Positions 63,876-64,000 of a DNA stretch of 64,000 nucleotides are shown here, piece after piece. Source of the stretch: an uncultured virus (IMG/VR IMGVR_UViG_3300035665_002234) (lineage: Duplodnaviria; Heunggongvirae; Uroviricota; Caudoviricetes); IMG/VR virus record IMGVR_UViG_3300035665_002234. One strand, written 5' to 3'. The notes under the pieces were generated by a model. That model saw only the letters and a list, made by a program, of their open reading frames with translations, made no database searches and was not told the DNA's origin. Position 1 is the stretch's first letter; every line of letters begins with the position of its first letter. The translations under genes and the position numbers were made by a program.

Positions 63876-64000
63876 TTAACTTATTTTAAGATATCCGTAA
63901 TTTACAGTGATATTTGAACCTGTGTTATTTTGTATTCCAAACACAAATGTATTTGTTGGGGTACTCACACTAGGACTTGAGGTTGATATTGCACCTGCGG
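63876..64000 (-). CDS. C-terminal end of a gene starting beyond the window
   Basis: Reads ...AGAISTSSPSVSTPTNTFVFGIQNNTGSNITVNYGYLKIS-stop; TAA at 63876-63878. Confidence 0.6.
   Translation of the reverse strand, partial: AGAISTSSPSVSTPTNTFVFGIQNNTGSNITVNYGYLKIS

Overview
AT-rich, densely coding segment of a large lytic myovirus (T4-like or jumbo-type phage) read in the standard code, almost entirely on the minus strand. It contains a contractile-tail and neck morphogenesis region: sheath, tube, tail chaperone pair, tape measure, hub/initiator, gp53-, gp25- and gp6-like wedge proteins, neck proteins, and fibre-like proteins with collagen-like (G-x-S)n, Pro/Thr mucin-like and SprB-type repeats. 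Interleaved with it is a replication block (SSB, RecA/UvsX, 5'-3' exonuclease, DnaB-like helicase, class II RNR), plus a SNF2 helicase, a family B DNA polymerase and a five-gene glycosyltransferase-like operon. Best candidates for new biology: (1) a phage-encoded mucin-type protein O-glycosylation pathway (GT60/Gnt1-like initiator plus HtrL-like and GT-A enzymes) alongside long Ser/Thr-rich virion stalks; (2) a superoxide dismutase fused to a PD-(D/E)xK nuclease-like domain, with a hairpin that could restrict it to late expression; (3) a likely +1 frameshift (UUU-UUU-CGG) joining the two tail-chaperone ORFs; (4) a two-class promoter system, with TATTTAT before structural genes and TTGACG-N17-TATAMT before replication genes; (5) a structured DNA polymerase leader. 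All family assignments come from motif recognition by eye; no database search was run.
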